Assembly (NCBI GenBank): GCA_013265495.1
Contig: MU061049.1
Coordinates: 868,001 to 932,000 of the forward strand
Direction: 5' to 3'
DNA from: Vicugna vicugna
Lineage: Eukaryota
DNA: 64,000 bases
Shown: one piece after another, positions 1 to 11,800 of the stretch
How positions within the stretch are numbered: position 1 is the first letter of the stretch
Layout: each line of letters begins with the position of its first letter
Program-made: the position numbers and the translations under genes
Notes under the pieces: model-generated
What the model was told of the DNA's origin: nothing
Seen by the model: the letters and a program-made list of their open reading frames with translations, nothing else
The model's database searches: none

Positions 1-1424
1 ATCTGCCAAGAGGTCTCACCAACTGAGGGGCTGTTAGATGTTCCTGGAATTTTCCGTAAACAGGGTCCAGCCCTGCAGCTGGCCCCGAGGCTCTGGGACC
101 AGAGCTGAGCAGTCAGCTTCCCGCGAACCCCGTGGACCTGCCCCGAGGCTGTGCCGGATGTCCTGGGGGCCTTCAGTGCTCAGTGTTCTGGGGGCCGCAG
201 CCTTTCAGGTCAGCCCTGCCTCCTGGTGGGCCCGTGGGTCAGGAGGCCACCTGGCAGAGGGCCTGGGCAGGAGGGCGGGCTGCCTCGCAGCCCTGCAGGC
301 TGTCTCCTCCCTCTGAGAGCCCAGGGAGGCCCAGGGCTCACCTGATGCTACCCCGGGACTCAGGGCAGGGTCAGGTGGGCTTAGGAAAGGTAGGTGGACC
401 CCCCTGGGCCTCGGGAGGAGCTCCGAGCACAGGGCACCTTCAATGTCCATCCCCTAGAAATGGGGCGAGGCCGAGAACTGGGCCTCTCCTGAGCTGGTAC
501 TGGTGCTTGCAGAGTGGGCCTGGGGTGGTCCTTCCCAGGCCACCAGGGGGACATCTGGCTCTCGCCCTGGGTGCGTCTGGCTGTGCCCCTGCCCTGCATA
601 ACCAGGAGGGAGTGTCCTGCCGGGCTGGCTCTGTCTGTGTGGAGAACTGAATGGTCAAGGCTGTGGGCAGCTCCCCTGGCGAAGCCAGGAGTCCTGGCCC
701 CATCAGGACGCGTGTCCTAGTTTGCCTGATGAGTGGGGGCGAGGGCCCAGCCCTGCCTGTTGTGTGGCCAGTGTGGGGTGGCTATGGGGCCCTTCTCCCA
801 AGTGTCCCTTGTGCTGTCCCCTCCTGTCCCCTGCCCTCCTTTCCTCTGTCATTCCTTCCCTTCCTGCGTGTTCTGCATGACCCGTCCTGTGAACTCACCC
901 TTTGTATTCCTGGCCTCTTCGCTGCCCCTCGCTTTTGCCTCTCCTCCCGTGACCGAGGCGGCCATGTCAGTGCGAGCGCGACTTGGTTATGACTCTGTTT
1001 TCCTTGCTGTTAGACTCATGTCGTTAGGTGAGATCACATCATGTTTTAGTCTCATTAAGACAGCTAAGTCTGGATTCGCACGACAACACGTAATTACCAA
1101 TGATTCACAGGGTAATTGCAAGCTCTCTGTAGGCAATTGTGTCCTCACTCTGTGTGGTTTACAGTGGGAGTCTGCAGGTGTCAGTACTGAGCTGCTGCGT
1201 GAGAAGCAAGCCCGTGGGGGTGGGTTCAGGGCAGAGCGTGGTTTGGGGGTCAGGCTTTTCCCTGGCTGCCCTGGATGGCCCGAAGGGGCTGCACATTTTC
1301 AGAGGCTGGCGCCCATGGCGTAGTTCTGGCAGGGGGCCACGTACAGGGCACAGGGGGCAGTGGGGTGTGGGCGGAGCTCTCACGTGGCAGGTGGCTGGAG
1401 CGTCAGGGCGGCCCCCAGGCCGGG

Positions 1425-1460
1425 GTCACGAGCCTCCATGTCACGAGCCTCCGTGTCACG
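1425..1460 (+). repeat. 15-bp tandem repeat (gtcacgagcctccRt)x2.4 abutting the SLC19A1 exon 3 acceptor
   Basis: Read directly from sequence. Confidence 0.9.
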
Positions 1461-1463
1461 CAG

Positions 1464-2410
1464 GTCACCAACGAGATCACGCCGGTGCTGTCGTACTCCT
1501 ACCTGGCCGTGCTGGTGCCCATCTTCCTGCTGACCGACTACCTGCGCTACAAGCCGGTGCTGCTGCTGCAGGGTCTGAGCTACGTGTCCGTGTGGCTCCT
1601 CCTGCTGTTCGGCTCGTCCGTGCTGCACATGCAGCTCATGGAGCTCTTCTTCAGCATCACCATGGCCGCCCGCATCGCCTACTCCTCCTACGTCTTCTCG
1701 CTCGTGCCCCCCGCCCACTACCAGCGCGTGGCCGGCTACTCGCGGGCCGCGGTGCTGCTCGGCGTCTTCACCAGCTCCGTGCTGGGCCAGCTGCTGGTCA
1801 CCATGGGCCGCGTCCCCTTCTCCACACTCAACTACATCTCGCTGGCCTTCCTCACCTTCAGCCTGGTCCTTGCGCTCTTCCTGAGACGCCCCAAGCGCAG
1901 CCTCTTCTTCAACCGCAGCGCGCCCACCGAGGCCTCGCCCTCCGAGCTGGACCAGATGAACCCGGGCCCCGGCCAGCCCGCGGGCGGCAAGCCCGGGCCC
2001 GCGGCGGCCTGGCGGGACTCGGCCCTTGCGCGCATGGTCCGGGAGCTGGGCCACAACCTGCGGCTGCCGCAGCTGCGCCTCTGGTCCCTCTGGTGGGTCT
2101 TCAACTCCACCGGCTACTACCTCATCGTCTACTACGTGCACATCCTGTGGAACGTGGTCAACCCCACCATGGACTCAACGAGGGTCTACAACGGCGGGGC
2201 CGATGCCACCAGCACAGGTGCCATCACCTCCTTTGCGGCGGGCTTCGTGAAGATCCGCTGGGCGGTGTGGGCGAAGCTGGTCATCGCGGTGGTGACTGTG
2301 GTGCAGGCTGGGCTGGTCTTCCTCATGTACAGGACAGACAGCATCTGGCTGTGCTACATGGCCTTCGTGCTCTTCCGCGGTTCCTACCAGTTCCTGGTGC
2401 CCATCGCCAC
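1464..2410 (+). CDS. SLC19A1: SLC19A1 coding exon 3 fused to exon 4 (VTNEITPVLSYSYLAV...GSYQFLVPIA-T)
   Basis: Acceptor cag at 1461-1463 and donor gtgagt at 2411. Translation matches RFC1 (TDYLRY, MAARIAYSSY, RPKRSLFFNR, LWSLWWVFNS, VYNG, LFRGSYQFLVPIAT). No intron at the usual exon 3/4 position (~2217). Confidence 0.95.
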
Positions 2411-3099
2411 GTGAGTTGGGCGTGCGGGCGGCCATGCGGGTGGCCGTGCGAGGGCCTGGGGCCTGGCCTAGTGCGAGCAGATGGAGGTCGTGTGCTGTGT
2501 GTATCGAGAGGCCTCCTTCCAGAAGGTTCCGGGGGAGCAGCAGGAGCGTGTGCTGGGCAGTGTGGAGCGGCGTCTGGTGTGGTCCCAGTCAGCCGGGAGG
2601 AGCGTGAACCCTGGGCGCCCTTAGCCAGGGAGCCACTTGTCCACAGCACCTCCTGTCCCAGCCACTGTAACCTCACGGCTAGGCAAGGAGCCCAGTCCGT
2701 GTGGATGTCCCCTGTTCTCCCCCCGAGCCACTCACTGTCCACAGGGACCAGACTTCGGGAAGCCCTTCCTCCCAGCCTCCGGGCCCTGCATCTGAGTTCC
2801 CATCTCAGGTAGCCCTGTGGCCATTTTGAGCCTGTCCACTCCCACTCTGGGCATGGTGGCTCATGCCCAGGAGTGACCGGGTGACCCAGCTGGCCTTCTG
2901 CCCAGGGTGGCTCTTCCCCTGGTGCCCTTGCATTCCTCATGCCCCTGGGGGCACTCCTGCACCCACCCAGGGACGTCCCAAGAGCTGCCCGCTGACCTGT
3001 CTGTGCCTTCCAGAACCTTCCTCAGCCCACGTCCAGCTGACTCCTGCCCTCTGTGTGACTCTCTGAACCAGACCTCTCAGAAAGCTGCACACGCATGCT

Positions 3100-3165
3100 T
3101 CACGTGTTCACACCACACGCGTGTGTTTATCCCTCACACGTGTGTTTATCCCTCACACGTGTTCA
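3100..3165. repeat. 19-bp tandem repeat cacacgtgtgtttatccct with three CACGTG E-boxes
   Basis: Full unit at 3135-3153 with partial copies on both sides. Confidence 0.85.
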
Positions 3166-4884
3166 TGTGCAGTCATGGACACAGCATACACGCTCACACT
3201 GCTAGCTCCTGGCAGGTGGCCTGACTCCCTTGTGTTGCCTGGCCTTCCATCCTCCCCTCCTGTCCACCCTTCCCCCGGCTTTCTCAGCCTGTGAATGTCC
3301 TGGGAAAGCACTTCCTTTGGTCGCTCACTCCCCTCTCCTGTCACGTCAGCCTTGTGGGAGGGGCGCCAGGGCCCCAGGTGTTCCACTCCCTTCTCTCAGG
3401 ACCACCTAGTGTCCTGACTCCTGTTAACTGTAAGCACCGTAGGTGTGCGTGGTGGAAAGATCAGACAACGCAGGAAAGGTCAAGTCGGATACAGAAGAGA
3501 TCAAATGGGACACAGAAAGGCGTAAAGAGGACGCGTCCTCCTCAGACCCGGGTCCTGACGCTGACACGCGGGGGTCACTCTGCACCCCTGCCCCGCACGT
3601 AGCCGCGTGGCTCCGTCCGGAGCGCGTGTGTAGTTGGGCCTCTTGGTGATGGACCTGCCCTGATAGTTTCCTAGGACAGACGACACTGAAGCCACTTCCT
3701 CTCACCTACATTTTCCTTCCCAAATTCTGATAATGGCCTCAGGCAGGTCCTAGCAGGTATTGGTGAGGTTAAAGGGCATGCGCTTTAGAAGGAGGGTGGC
3801 AGAGATGTCGCAGGTGCCCGCCCGGCCAGTGCGCAGCCCCGGCGGGTGTCGGAGGGTGGCCAGGGCCAGTTGTCTTTCCCTAGTGACGGCAGGGCTGGCT
3901 CCCCGCTGGTGTCGTGGCCAGTTTGTGTCTGTGGGTTCTTCTTCTGCTGGGATTCCTTTTTTCCCTGTTTATCTGCAGTGTGCTTATCTCCATATGTGAT
4001 AGGAGCTTCTGTCACAGACGTGACCCAGTTACTGTGCCCTCAGTCCCACTTCCGGGCTGGAGGAGCACCATCTGAAACCACCTGTGGGTGGCATGGCGTT
4101 CTGCCTGTGCCGGCGGGACCTGGCCCGGCTCCAGCTTCCCAGCAGTGAATCTGTCGTCGGGGCCCCTGACCCGCTCTCTTCTCACCATCCGTGTGTCTGT
4201 CTGTGACCCTCATCCTGCCTTTTCGTGTATTTCTTGGCCCCCCCCCGCCCTCTCCACCCCAGCAGAAGCTCCTTGGCCTCGGTCGTTCTCTTTAAGGACT
4301 TCCTTGGGTATTTTTGTTCGGTTTTGTTTTCAGAACTTTAGAACATTTCTTGTCCGCTTTGTTTTCTCAGGCACTCTGGGGATTCTAATTCGAAGTATGT
4401 TCAAATGTTAATTTCTTTGCTGAGGACTGGAAGCTCTGAGCATATTAATTCCTCCGGCTTTCCTTCTTTGTTTTCCTGTTCTTTCCCTAATTGACTGAAT
4501 CATTTAACGACCAAGGACTTTGAGTTTTCCTTGTGCTCTGTCTGTGCCTGGGTTCTGCTGGTATCTCGCTCCCACGAGGGTGATTTTCTGAGACCTCTAT
4601 ACTGATTATGACTTACTCCGTCCCACAGTTACTAGAGGACTTTACCCGTCTTCCCAAGGTCGCATTTTGGACTTGGTTTGTGAGTTGTTGTGGGAGAGGT
4701 GCCCAGCTGATCTAGCCAGTCACCTGCAGCCTCAGCAAGCTGGCTGATCACTGGACCACACGGCAGTTCTCGCAGCCACTGGCGGCTCGGGAGTGCCTCT
4801 CCGAGCTGGGTTCCTCTGCGCCTGAGGTCGGTCTTGCCCCTCACTGGGCTGGACCCCTGACCACGGCCTACTCTTCCTGTCCAG

Positions 4885-5026
4885 TTTTCAGATCGCGTCT
4901 TCTCTTTCTCACGAGCTCCGTGCCCTGGTCTTCGGAGTCAACACATTCCTCGCCACCGTTCTCAAGACCATCATCACCCTCATCATCTCGGACAAGCGGG
5001 GCCTGGGCCTCCCGGTCCACTCTCAG
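4885..5026 (+). CDS. SLC19A1: SLC19A1 exon 5 (142 nt; FQIASSLSHELRALVFGVNTFLATVLKTIITLIISDKRGLGLPVHSQ)
   Basis: ccag acceptor and gtgagc donor; phase 2 entry matches the previous exon; the residue equivalent to human K411 is kept. Confidence 0.95.
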
Positions 5027-7049
5027 GTGAGCCCCGGTGTCGGGCTCACTTCCTCCAGGCGGGCAGCCTCTGGGGGGATGTCCTGGCCTGGCCTCTAGGG
5101 GCCCACCCAGCCAGGGGTGTTGCCTCTCCCCGGCACCCAGACCACAAATCTGCTGCAGGCTGGGCATCTCCAGCCGGACCCTCTGGCCTGAGTGGGAGCA
5201 GGAGCAGGAAGGGAGAAGCCCCAAGCAGGGAGGGAAAGGTCAGGGGCAGGGGCCACAATCTGGCTGCTGCAGTGCCGGCCTGTGCGGCTGCTGCCTGGGT
5301 CCAGGCAGGACATGGTCGAGTTCAGTTAGGACGCCGGGGCCTCTGAGGCTGGCCCAGGGCAGGTCCCTCGGCAGGCGTGCTCACTGGCCCTGGGTGTCCC
5401 CCACACGGGCTGGCATCCCGCCGTGCTGCCCCAGCCCATGTCCTCGTGCCAGGCCTCTGCCTGGGATGGGCCCTGGTGCTCGTGACTGCCGTTTGTCTCC
5501 TCTGTGGAGGGCCGGCGAGGGTGGAGCTGGCGAGGCTGGTGTTGGCGTGTGTGGCCCCTTTCCAGGCCCCTCGTCTGACCCTGGGCAGGTTCTCTGCCTT
5601 CTGGAGAGTTTGAGAATTCCTGTCTGCCGTGAGACTGGGGGGCACTCACTGTGTGACTCCGGGTGGCTCCAGCCAAGGCAGGACCTCTCGGAGTGCGCTG
5701 GAATTTGCCAGCGGACAGGCCCACAGCAGGGCGGGGCCCGGACTCCCCAGGGGCCATGCTGCCCCGCCCTCCGCTGTGGGCGCGGCCTCCTCTGCTGGGA
5801 GCCTGGGCCTCACAGGGGCTCAGTCGACCGCGTGGAGAAGTCCTGGCCTCTGTCCAAGGGTCCCTGCCCTGATGGCCCTAAGCTGGCCAGAAGGGGCGTT
5901 CTGAGCAGGAGAGACTCTTGCTTGGAGCCAGCTCCCGGGGCAGGGTTTAGAGGTGCCTTTCAGGGAGAAGCCTTGCAGCCTCTGGCCCTCTGTCCATGCA
6001 GGCAGGCAGGTCCTGGCTCTGCTTCTCCAGGCTCACCGCCCCCAGTCCCCAGGCCGGAACCGGGGAGTGTCCAACCAAGCAGGGTGGGCAGAGCGCCCCG
6101 TGGCCACGTGGGCTCGGGCCACGGTTGCGTGTGCAGCTGCGCCTGTGGGGCAGGGGCTGTCCTGAGGGCACGGCCCTGCTGTCCAGGGACGGTGGGTTGG
6201 AGTCTCCCTCACAGGGGAGAACGTGCCCTGGCCAGTGGGGCCTGGCCTGGCCGCTGTCCGGCACACCAGGGGCCTCCCTTCCCTGGGGCCCCCAGTTGTC
6301 CGGGCTCTGGGCCCTGGGGATCCGAGAGGCCCAGGGCTGGGGAGGGTCTGGAGAGCTCTTCCCCACGGCCTGGGCTTCCTTGCCTCCTGTCCCTGGCCCT
6401 CGCCACATGGCTGCTTCCGGCCACATCAGGTCAGGCTGACGGCAGTAGATTGATTTTTCTCTGGCTGGTTCGGTTTCCCAGTTAAAAGGTAACTCCAGAA
6501 GTTTGTTTGTAGTTGGAAATGCTGGCGGCACCAGAAGGAAGGGTCGTCTCGCTGACCTTCCCTTGTGCAGAGCTGTGCGTGTCCCTGTCCCTCCATCCTC
6601 AGGGGTGAGAACGGGGCAGGTGTTCAGACCTGGCGACTGGTGGGGACTGGGACGGAGCATGTGGGGAACTGGCCTGGGCGGCTAAGCTTTATTTTTGGAT
6701 CATGATAGGCTCACTGGCAGTGTGACCATGGCCACGCCCTGCACTTCCCTGGTGTGAGCACTGCCGTCCCTCCTCCCAGGGCCGCTCAGGCTCCTGTCCG
6801 TGGCCGCACCTGACCCACCCCGCGTCCTCCGGGCCCCGTCTCTGTGGTGGTCTCATCTCAAGTGCGGCGTCCGAGGATCCTGCAGTGGGTGGCTTCGGGG
6901 CTGCCCGTTGCCCGCTCCCCTCGGGGTGCACGGCGCGCGCCCACCCCGTCTCGGTGCTGCCGGGCTGGTTTACCGCTCCCTGCAAACAGCTCTGGGTCGG
7001 GGCTGGGAGGGTAGAGCCGCTCCTCACGCTTGCTTGTGGCTTCTGTGAG

Positions 7050-8162
7050 AGCCTAGGTCTCCGTGCGGCCAGACGCCCGGCGTGCAGGCGCGGGCTCCCA
7101 CGGTGGCTGCCCGTGTTTTCAGGCCCTGCGGACTGTTTTGCAGGGCAGCTGCCCCGTCGCGCACGTTCTCGTCCGTGTTGGGCGTTGTTGGGTTTCTGCT
7201 GAGCAGTTCGGGAAGCTGTGGGGCGATGTTTCCTGTGGTTTTAGTTTGCTGTTTCCTGGGACTTGGGTGAAGTGTTTCTTCACTTCCGTGCCGTTTCCCA
7301 GTTGGGTCCTTTTTTCTCGCGTGACTTTTGTTCCCTGTTTGTGTGTTCCGCATGCGAGTCCTTTGTTGGGTGTGTGGTTTGCAGACGGTTTCTCCCGTCC
7401 GTAGTCGGTCCGTCCTCACGGTCGTCTGTGCAGCAGCTTTAATTTGAGGAGGTCGGAGTTACTCGTTCTCCCTCTTTGGGAGCTCAGTTTTGGTGTCGCA
7501 CTTGGTGACTCTTTGCCTGGCCCCGGGTCCCACACGCTTTCCCTTAGTTTCTCTGCCAAAGTCGTGTAGTGTCACATTTAAGCCTGTGACCGCTTTTAGG
7601 TTCACTTTTGCGCAAGGTGTGAAGTCTGCGTCCGGTTTCATCCTTGGTGGGTGTCCAGTGCCTGCGGCGCCGTCTGTTGAAAAGCCCGGTGCTTTCCCAC
7701 CGCTTGTGCGCGCCTGTTCCTGGCTGCCCACTACCCTGCTCCGCTGAGCGGGGGGCCCGCCCTGTGCCCCCCGGCCCCCCTGCTGGGGGGAGGGGCTCAG
7801 CCCTGAGACCGGGTGCCCGGGTTCTCCAGCTTTTACATTCCTTTTTCAAAATCATCTCAGTTGCTGTCGTTTCTTTGCCTTTTCCTGTAAGTTTTAGAGC
7901 CATCTCGCCTGCAGACTTCCTTGCTGGGGTTTTGCTCGGAACCGCACTGAGCCTGCGTCAGTTTGGGGAGGGTGCTGCGCTGAGTGCCCCAGCCTGTGGC
8001 TGTGGTGTGCCTCTCCACTTGCTCGGAGCCTCCTCGGTTTCTTTCAGCATCTTGTAGTTTTGCATGTGCAAACACTGTAGTGCTGTGCGTGTTTTGTTAG
8101 ATTTATACTTGAGTGTTATTTTTTGAGCAATTGTAAATGGCATGGTTTTAATTTTGAGCTCT
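7050..8162 (-). mobile_element. Ancient L1M ORF2 fragment, GC-shifted
   Basis: Antisense L1 motifs such as gtttgcagacggtttctccc, ctgttgaaaagcccggtgctttccc, gtaagttttagagccatc; boundaries approximate. Confidence 0.7.
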
Positions 8163-8505
8163 GTGTGCTGGAGCTGCCATGACAAAATGCCAGCCTGGGC
8201 GGCTCAAACAGCAGCATTTACTGTCTGACAGTCGGGAGGCTGGAAGTCAGAGGTCAAGGTGTGGGCAGGCCTCGTCCCTCCTGAGAACCTCCTCCTCAGC
8301 ATGCCGGCCGCCGTCCCCTCCCTGTGCCCTCGTGTGGCCTTTCCCTTGTGCGCACGGGCACTCCTGGTGTCTCTCTCTCATAGGGACACCAGTCCTCCCG
8401 GATCAGGTCCCACCCTTATGACATCATTTGACTGCCTGTTTGCAAGCACAGTGGGGGCTGGGGTTCCAGCAGGCTAATTTGAGAGTCACAGTTCAGCTCA
8501 CAACA
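8163..8505 (-). mobile_element. MLT1-family MaLR solo LTR
   Basis: gctgccatgacaaaatgcc...ggaggctggaagtcagaggtcaaggtgtgggcagg...agggacaccagtc...cccaccctt...gttcagctcacaaca. Confidence 0.8.
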
Positions 8506-8532
8506 GTGTCCAAATGCTCACTCTAACGTGTG

Positions 8533-8822
8533 CAGGCCTCACTCTTGCACTGTTTTGCAGACATTGCGTTTTTACAAATTGAAGATTTGTGGCAACGCTG
8601 CATCATCAGATGATGGTTAGCTTTTTTTAGCAATTAAATATTTTTTATTGAAATATGTGCATTGTTTTTAGACGTAATGGTATTGCACACTTAGTAGACT
8701 ATAGAGCAGTGTGCGCACAGCTCTCACGTGCCCCGGGAAACCAGTCTGTGTGCCTTGCTTCATCGCAGCGTCTGCTCTGTCGCCGTGGCCTGGACCTGGG
8801 CCCGCAGCGCCTCTGACGCCTG
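8533..8822 (+). mobile_element. Internally deleted Tigger1 (MITE-like), both termini present
   Basis: 5' ttgcgtttttacaaattgaagatttgtggcaac joined to 3' atcagatgatggttagc...ttgcacacttagtagacta...gggaaacca. Confidence 0.8.
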
Positions 8823-8829
8823 CTTGCGT

Positions 8830-11800
8830 CGGACGTGCTTTGGAGCCTGTGTCTTTTCTCGCATGATCTTGTTGAGGTCACACCGGTCACTTCTAGGAGG
8901 TCTCTTCTGAGTGCCCTTCATGTGTTTTTCTTGCCTGACTGTGCTGGCTCGAACTTCAGTTGTTTCCTTTCCTCTGCTCGCTTTGGATTTGCTCCACTCA
9001 TCTTTTTCTAGCTGAGACCAATGCCTTGCGACGCCGTCCCGTCTGATACGTGTGTTTCGTTGCCGTTCACGTCCCTCCCAGCCTGGCTGAGCTGCAGCCT
9101 CCAGATTTTGATACGCTGCGTTTCACTTCCGCTCACTCAGCGTGTTTTCCCCTCCCTCCACACTTTCTCTTTGGCCTGTGGTGGTTGCGCAGTGGGCTGC
9201 GTGGTTCCAGGTGCTTCCACGTCTCCCTGTGATCCTGCTGTTCCTGACTTCTGCTTTGCGACCAGAGAACAGTCTGTGATTTCAGTCCTTTTCATTTGTG
9301 GGGGTTTGCCTCGGGGCCCAGGATGTGCTCTGTCCTGTTACGTGCTCCGTGGGCACTTGAAGACGGAACCGCTGATGCGGGCGGCATGCCCTGAAGCTGC
9401 TCGGACCCTGCTGCTGGGGGCGCGGTGGTTTGCTCTCTGTCCCCGTGGGTTTTCGTCTGGTCCACTGCTGAGAGGCGGGTACTGACTTTTGCATTTATTG
9501 TCGGGAACTTGTCTGTGTCTCCTTGCAGCTCCGTCACGGTTTTGCTTCGCATTTTCGCAGCTCTGTTTGCTGCGTGCACACGCGGCATTGCCGCGTGCCT
9601 TGCTGGATGGGGCTCTGCCTGCGGGTGTTCCTTCTCTGTGAAATCTGCCTGATGCTAATATAGCCGGTCTGCTCTCCTTTGATTAATGTTTACACGATGG
9701 GTCCTCTTCCATCCTTTCACTTTTAGCCTAACTATATTGTTGTATTTGAAATGAGCTTCTTGCAGACAGCATACGGTCGCCGTGTTTTTTAATCCACTCT
9801 GCTGATCTGTTATATAAGGTTTATTTAGACCACTGATATTTAGTGTGATCGTTAATGTGTTAGAACTTATGTCTGCCGTTTCATTTTTTGTTTTCCCTTT
9901 ATTGCCTCTACTTTTGTTTCTGTGTGTGCGTGCGCGCGTGTATGTGTGTGCGTCTTTCTCTAGGTTATTTACACATTCTTCAGGGTTTCGTTTTGGTTTC
10001 TGCGTTGTGTTTTTGAGTGTATCTCTTGGAATCGCTTTTTTGGTGGTTGCCTTCCGTGTTAAATGGCTAGTTGGAGTGCAGAATTGAGGTCTCACCTTCG
10101 TGTCACTTTCCCCTCCAGGGTTCATAGTCCGAGTGTCTTACTTCCTCCACGTGCCCGTCAGAGCCACCTGAGGTGAGGCTGCAAGCTTTGCTTCAGGATC
10201 ACGCATTTAGGAAACCAGAGAGGTGGGCGTCTGTCTACCAGCAGTTTTACTCACTGTGTTCTTTCTCCTTCCTGATGTTTCAAGCTTCCTTACTATTTTC
10301 TTTCTGTTTAGAACCTCCTGTAGCCATTCTTTTAGGGCAGGCCTGCTGGTGACAAATTGCTCTCTTAGTTTTTCTTCATCTGAGAATGTCCTGATTTATT
10401 TTTAACACCTGAAGGACATTCTCAATGGAATAGGCTTCTGGGTTAACAGTTTTTTCTCTCAACAGTGAAAAATGTGTCATTTCCTTGTGACCTTCCTGGT
10501 TTCTGATGAACAATCCACTGTCATTCTAATTTTTCCCCCTAAGGTGTCATTTTTTTCCAGCTACTTTCAAGATTTTTCCTTTTTCTTCTTCTTTGTGCTT
10601 CGCTTTCAAAATTGGAACATGGTATGTGTTGGTATGCTTTGTTGGGGGAGTTGTCCTGTTTGGGGTTCCTTCAGGTTCTTGACTCTGTGGCGCATGTCTT
10701 TTGCCAAATTTGCAAAGTTCTCAGCCATCTTAGGTACTTTTCAGCCCCCTCCTCTTTCTCTCTTCTTGTTTTACTCCCATGACGCAGTGTTACATCTTGT
10801 ATCATACAGTCCCCTAGAGAATGAGGCTCTTTTTTTTTTTCTTTTCTTTTCTTTTTTTGGTCTGCTTTCTCTCTGTTGTTCAGACTTGGTGATTTCTGTT
10901 GTTCTGTCTTCCAGCTCCATGCTGCTGTTGAGACCGTTTGCTGAGTTTTCATTTCGGTTATTGTATTTTTCAGTTCTAACTTCTCCTTTATCTCTTCTAT
11001 TTTCTGAGATTTTTTTTCATTTGTTTTAAGCGTGTTTGTTATGATCTTTTGAAGTATTTCTATATAGCTACTTTTAAATCATTCTCAGTTACTTTAAAAA
11101 TCTCTGTCACCTTGGAATTGATGTCTGCTGATTGTATTCCATTCACTTAGAGGTCTTTGTGATTCTGACTATGCTGAATGACTTTTTTATTGAAACCTGA
11201 ACATGTTGAGTCCTATGTCACGAGAACCTGTTATGAGGTGTTAATTTCTCTGTCTTACCTGGCTCTTGCTGACACTGCCCTGGTGGAGGGGAGGGGGCAT
11301 GCACCTCGATACAGCCAAGTGGTGGGGACGTCCGGGTCCCCTGCTCCGCCCTCCTCACACTGAGGGGTGGGTGGGGGCTCCTCCTTCCTGCTGGTGGGGA
11401 TGGGAGGTCCAGCCCCCATGTGACCTCCAGTGACACCACTGGGGGGAGGGGCATTCTCACAGCTGCTGCCAGCTGGTGAGAGTCCTGACACTGCCAGGGA
11501 AGGGACACCACCTGGTGGGAGTGGAAGTCCGAGCTCTCCTAGTGGTCTCTGCAGGGGGAGCACTCCGTCTCCCCACCAGGCCGTGACCACCTCTACCTGA
11601 CAGGGGTGGGGGCTTCATTATAGCCTGGGTCGTGAAGGTGGGGTCTGGCTGGAGTAGAGTGGCTCCCGGCTCTCAGTGTCCTGTCCTGCTGGGCGGTGTG
11701 GTCCGTCTCCTGGTCCTTCAGCCAGAAAGAGCTACTTTTGTTGTTTTTCTTCCTGTGTCTGGCATTTCTTGTTTGCTGGCTTCCTTGGGTCCTTTTAAAA

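Noticed and set aside
1139-2812. 557-aa + strand ORF overlapping SLC19A1 exons 3/4
   Set aside because: Alternative frame of a GC3-rich coding exon; low-complexity Ala/Arg/Gly/Pro composition and no recognisable domain.
3443-3649. Purine-rich, charged mini-ORF after a tag acceptor in SLC19A1 intron 4 (possible cassette exon)
   Set aside because: No convincing donor; part resembles a degraded MIR-type repeat.
5037-6485. 482-aa + strand ORF in SLC19A1 intron 5
   Set aside because: Stop-poor GC-rich intron; no codon periodicity, splice support or homology I recognise.
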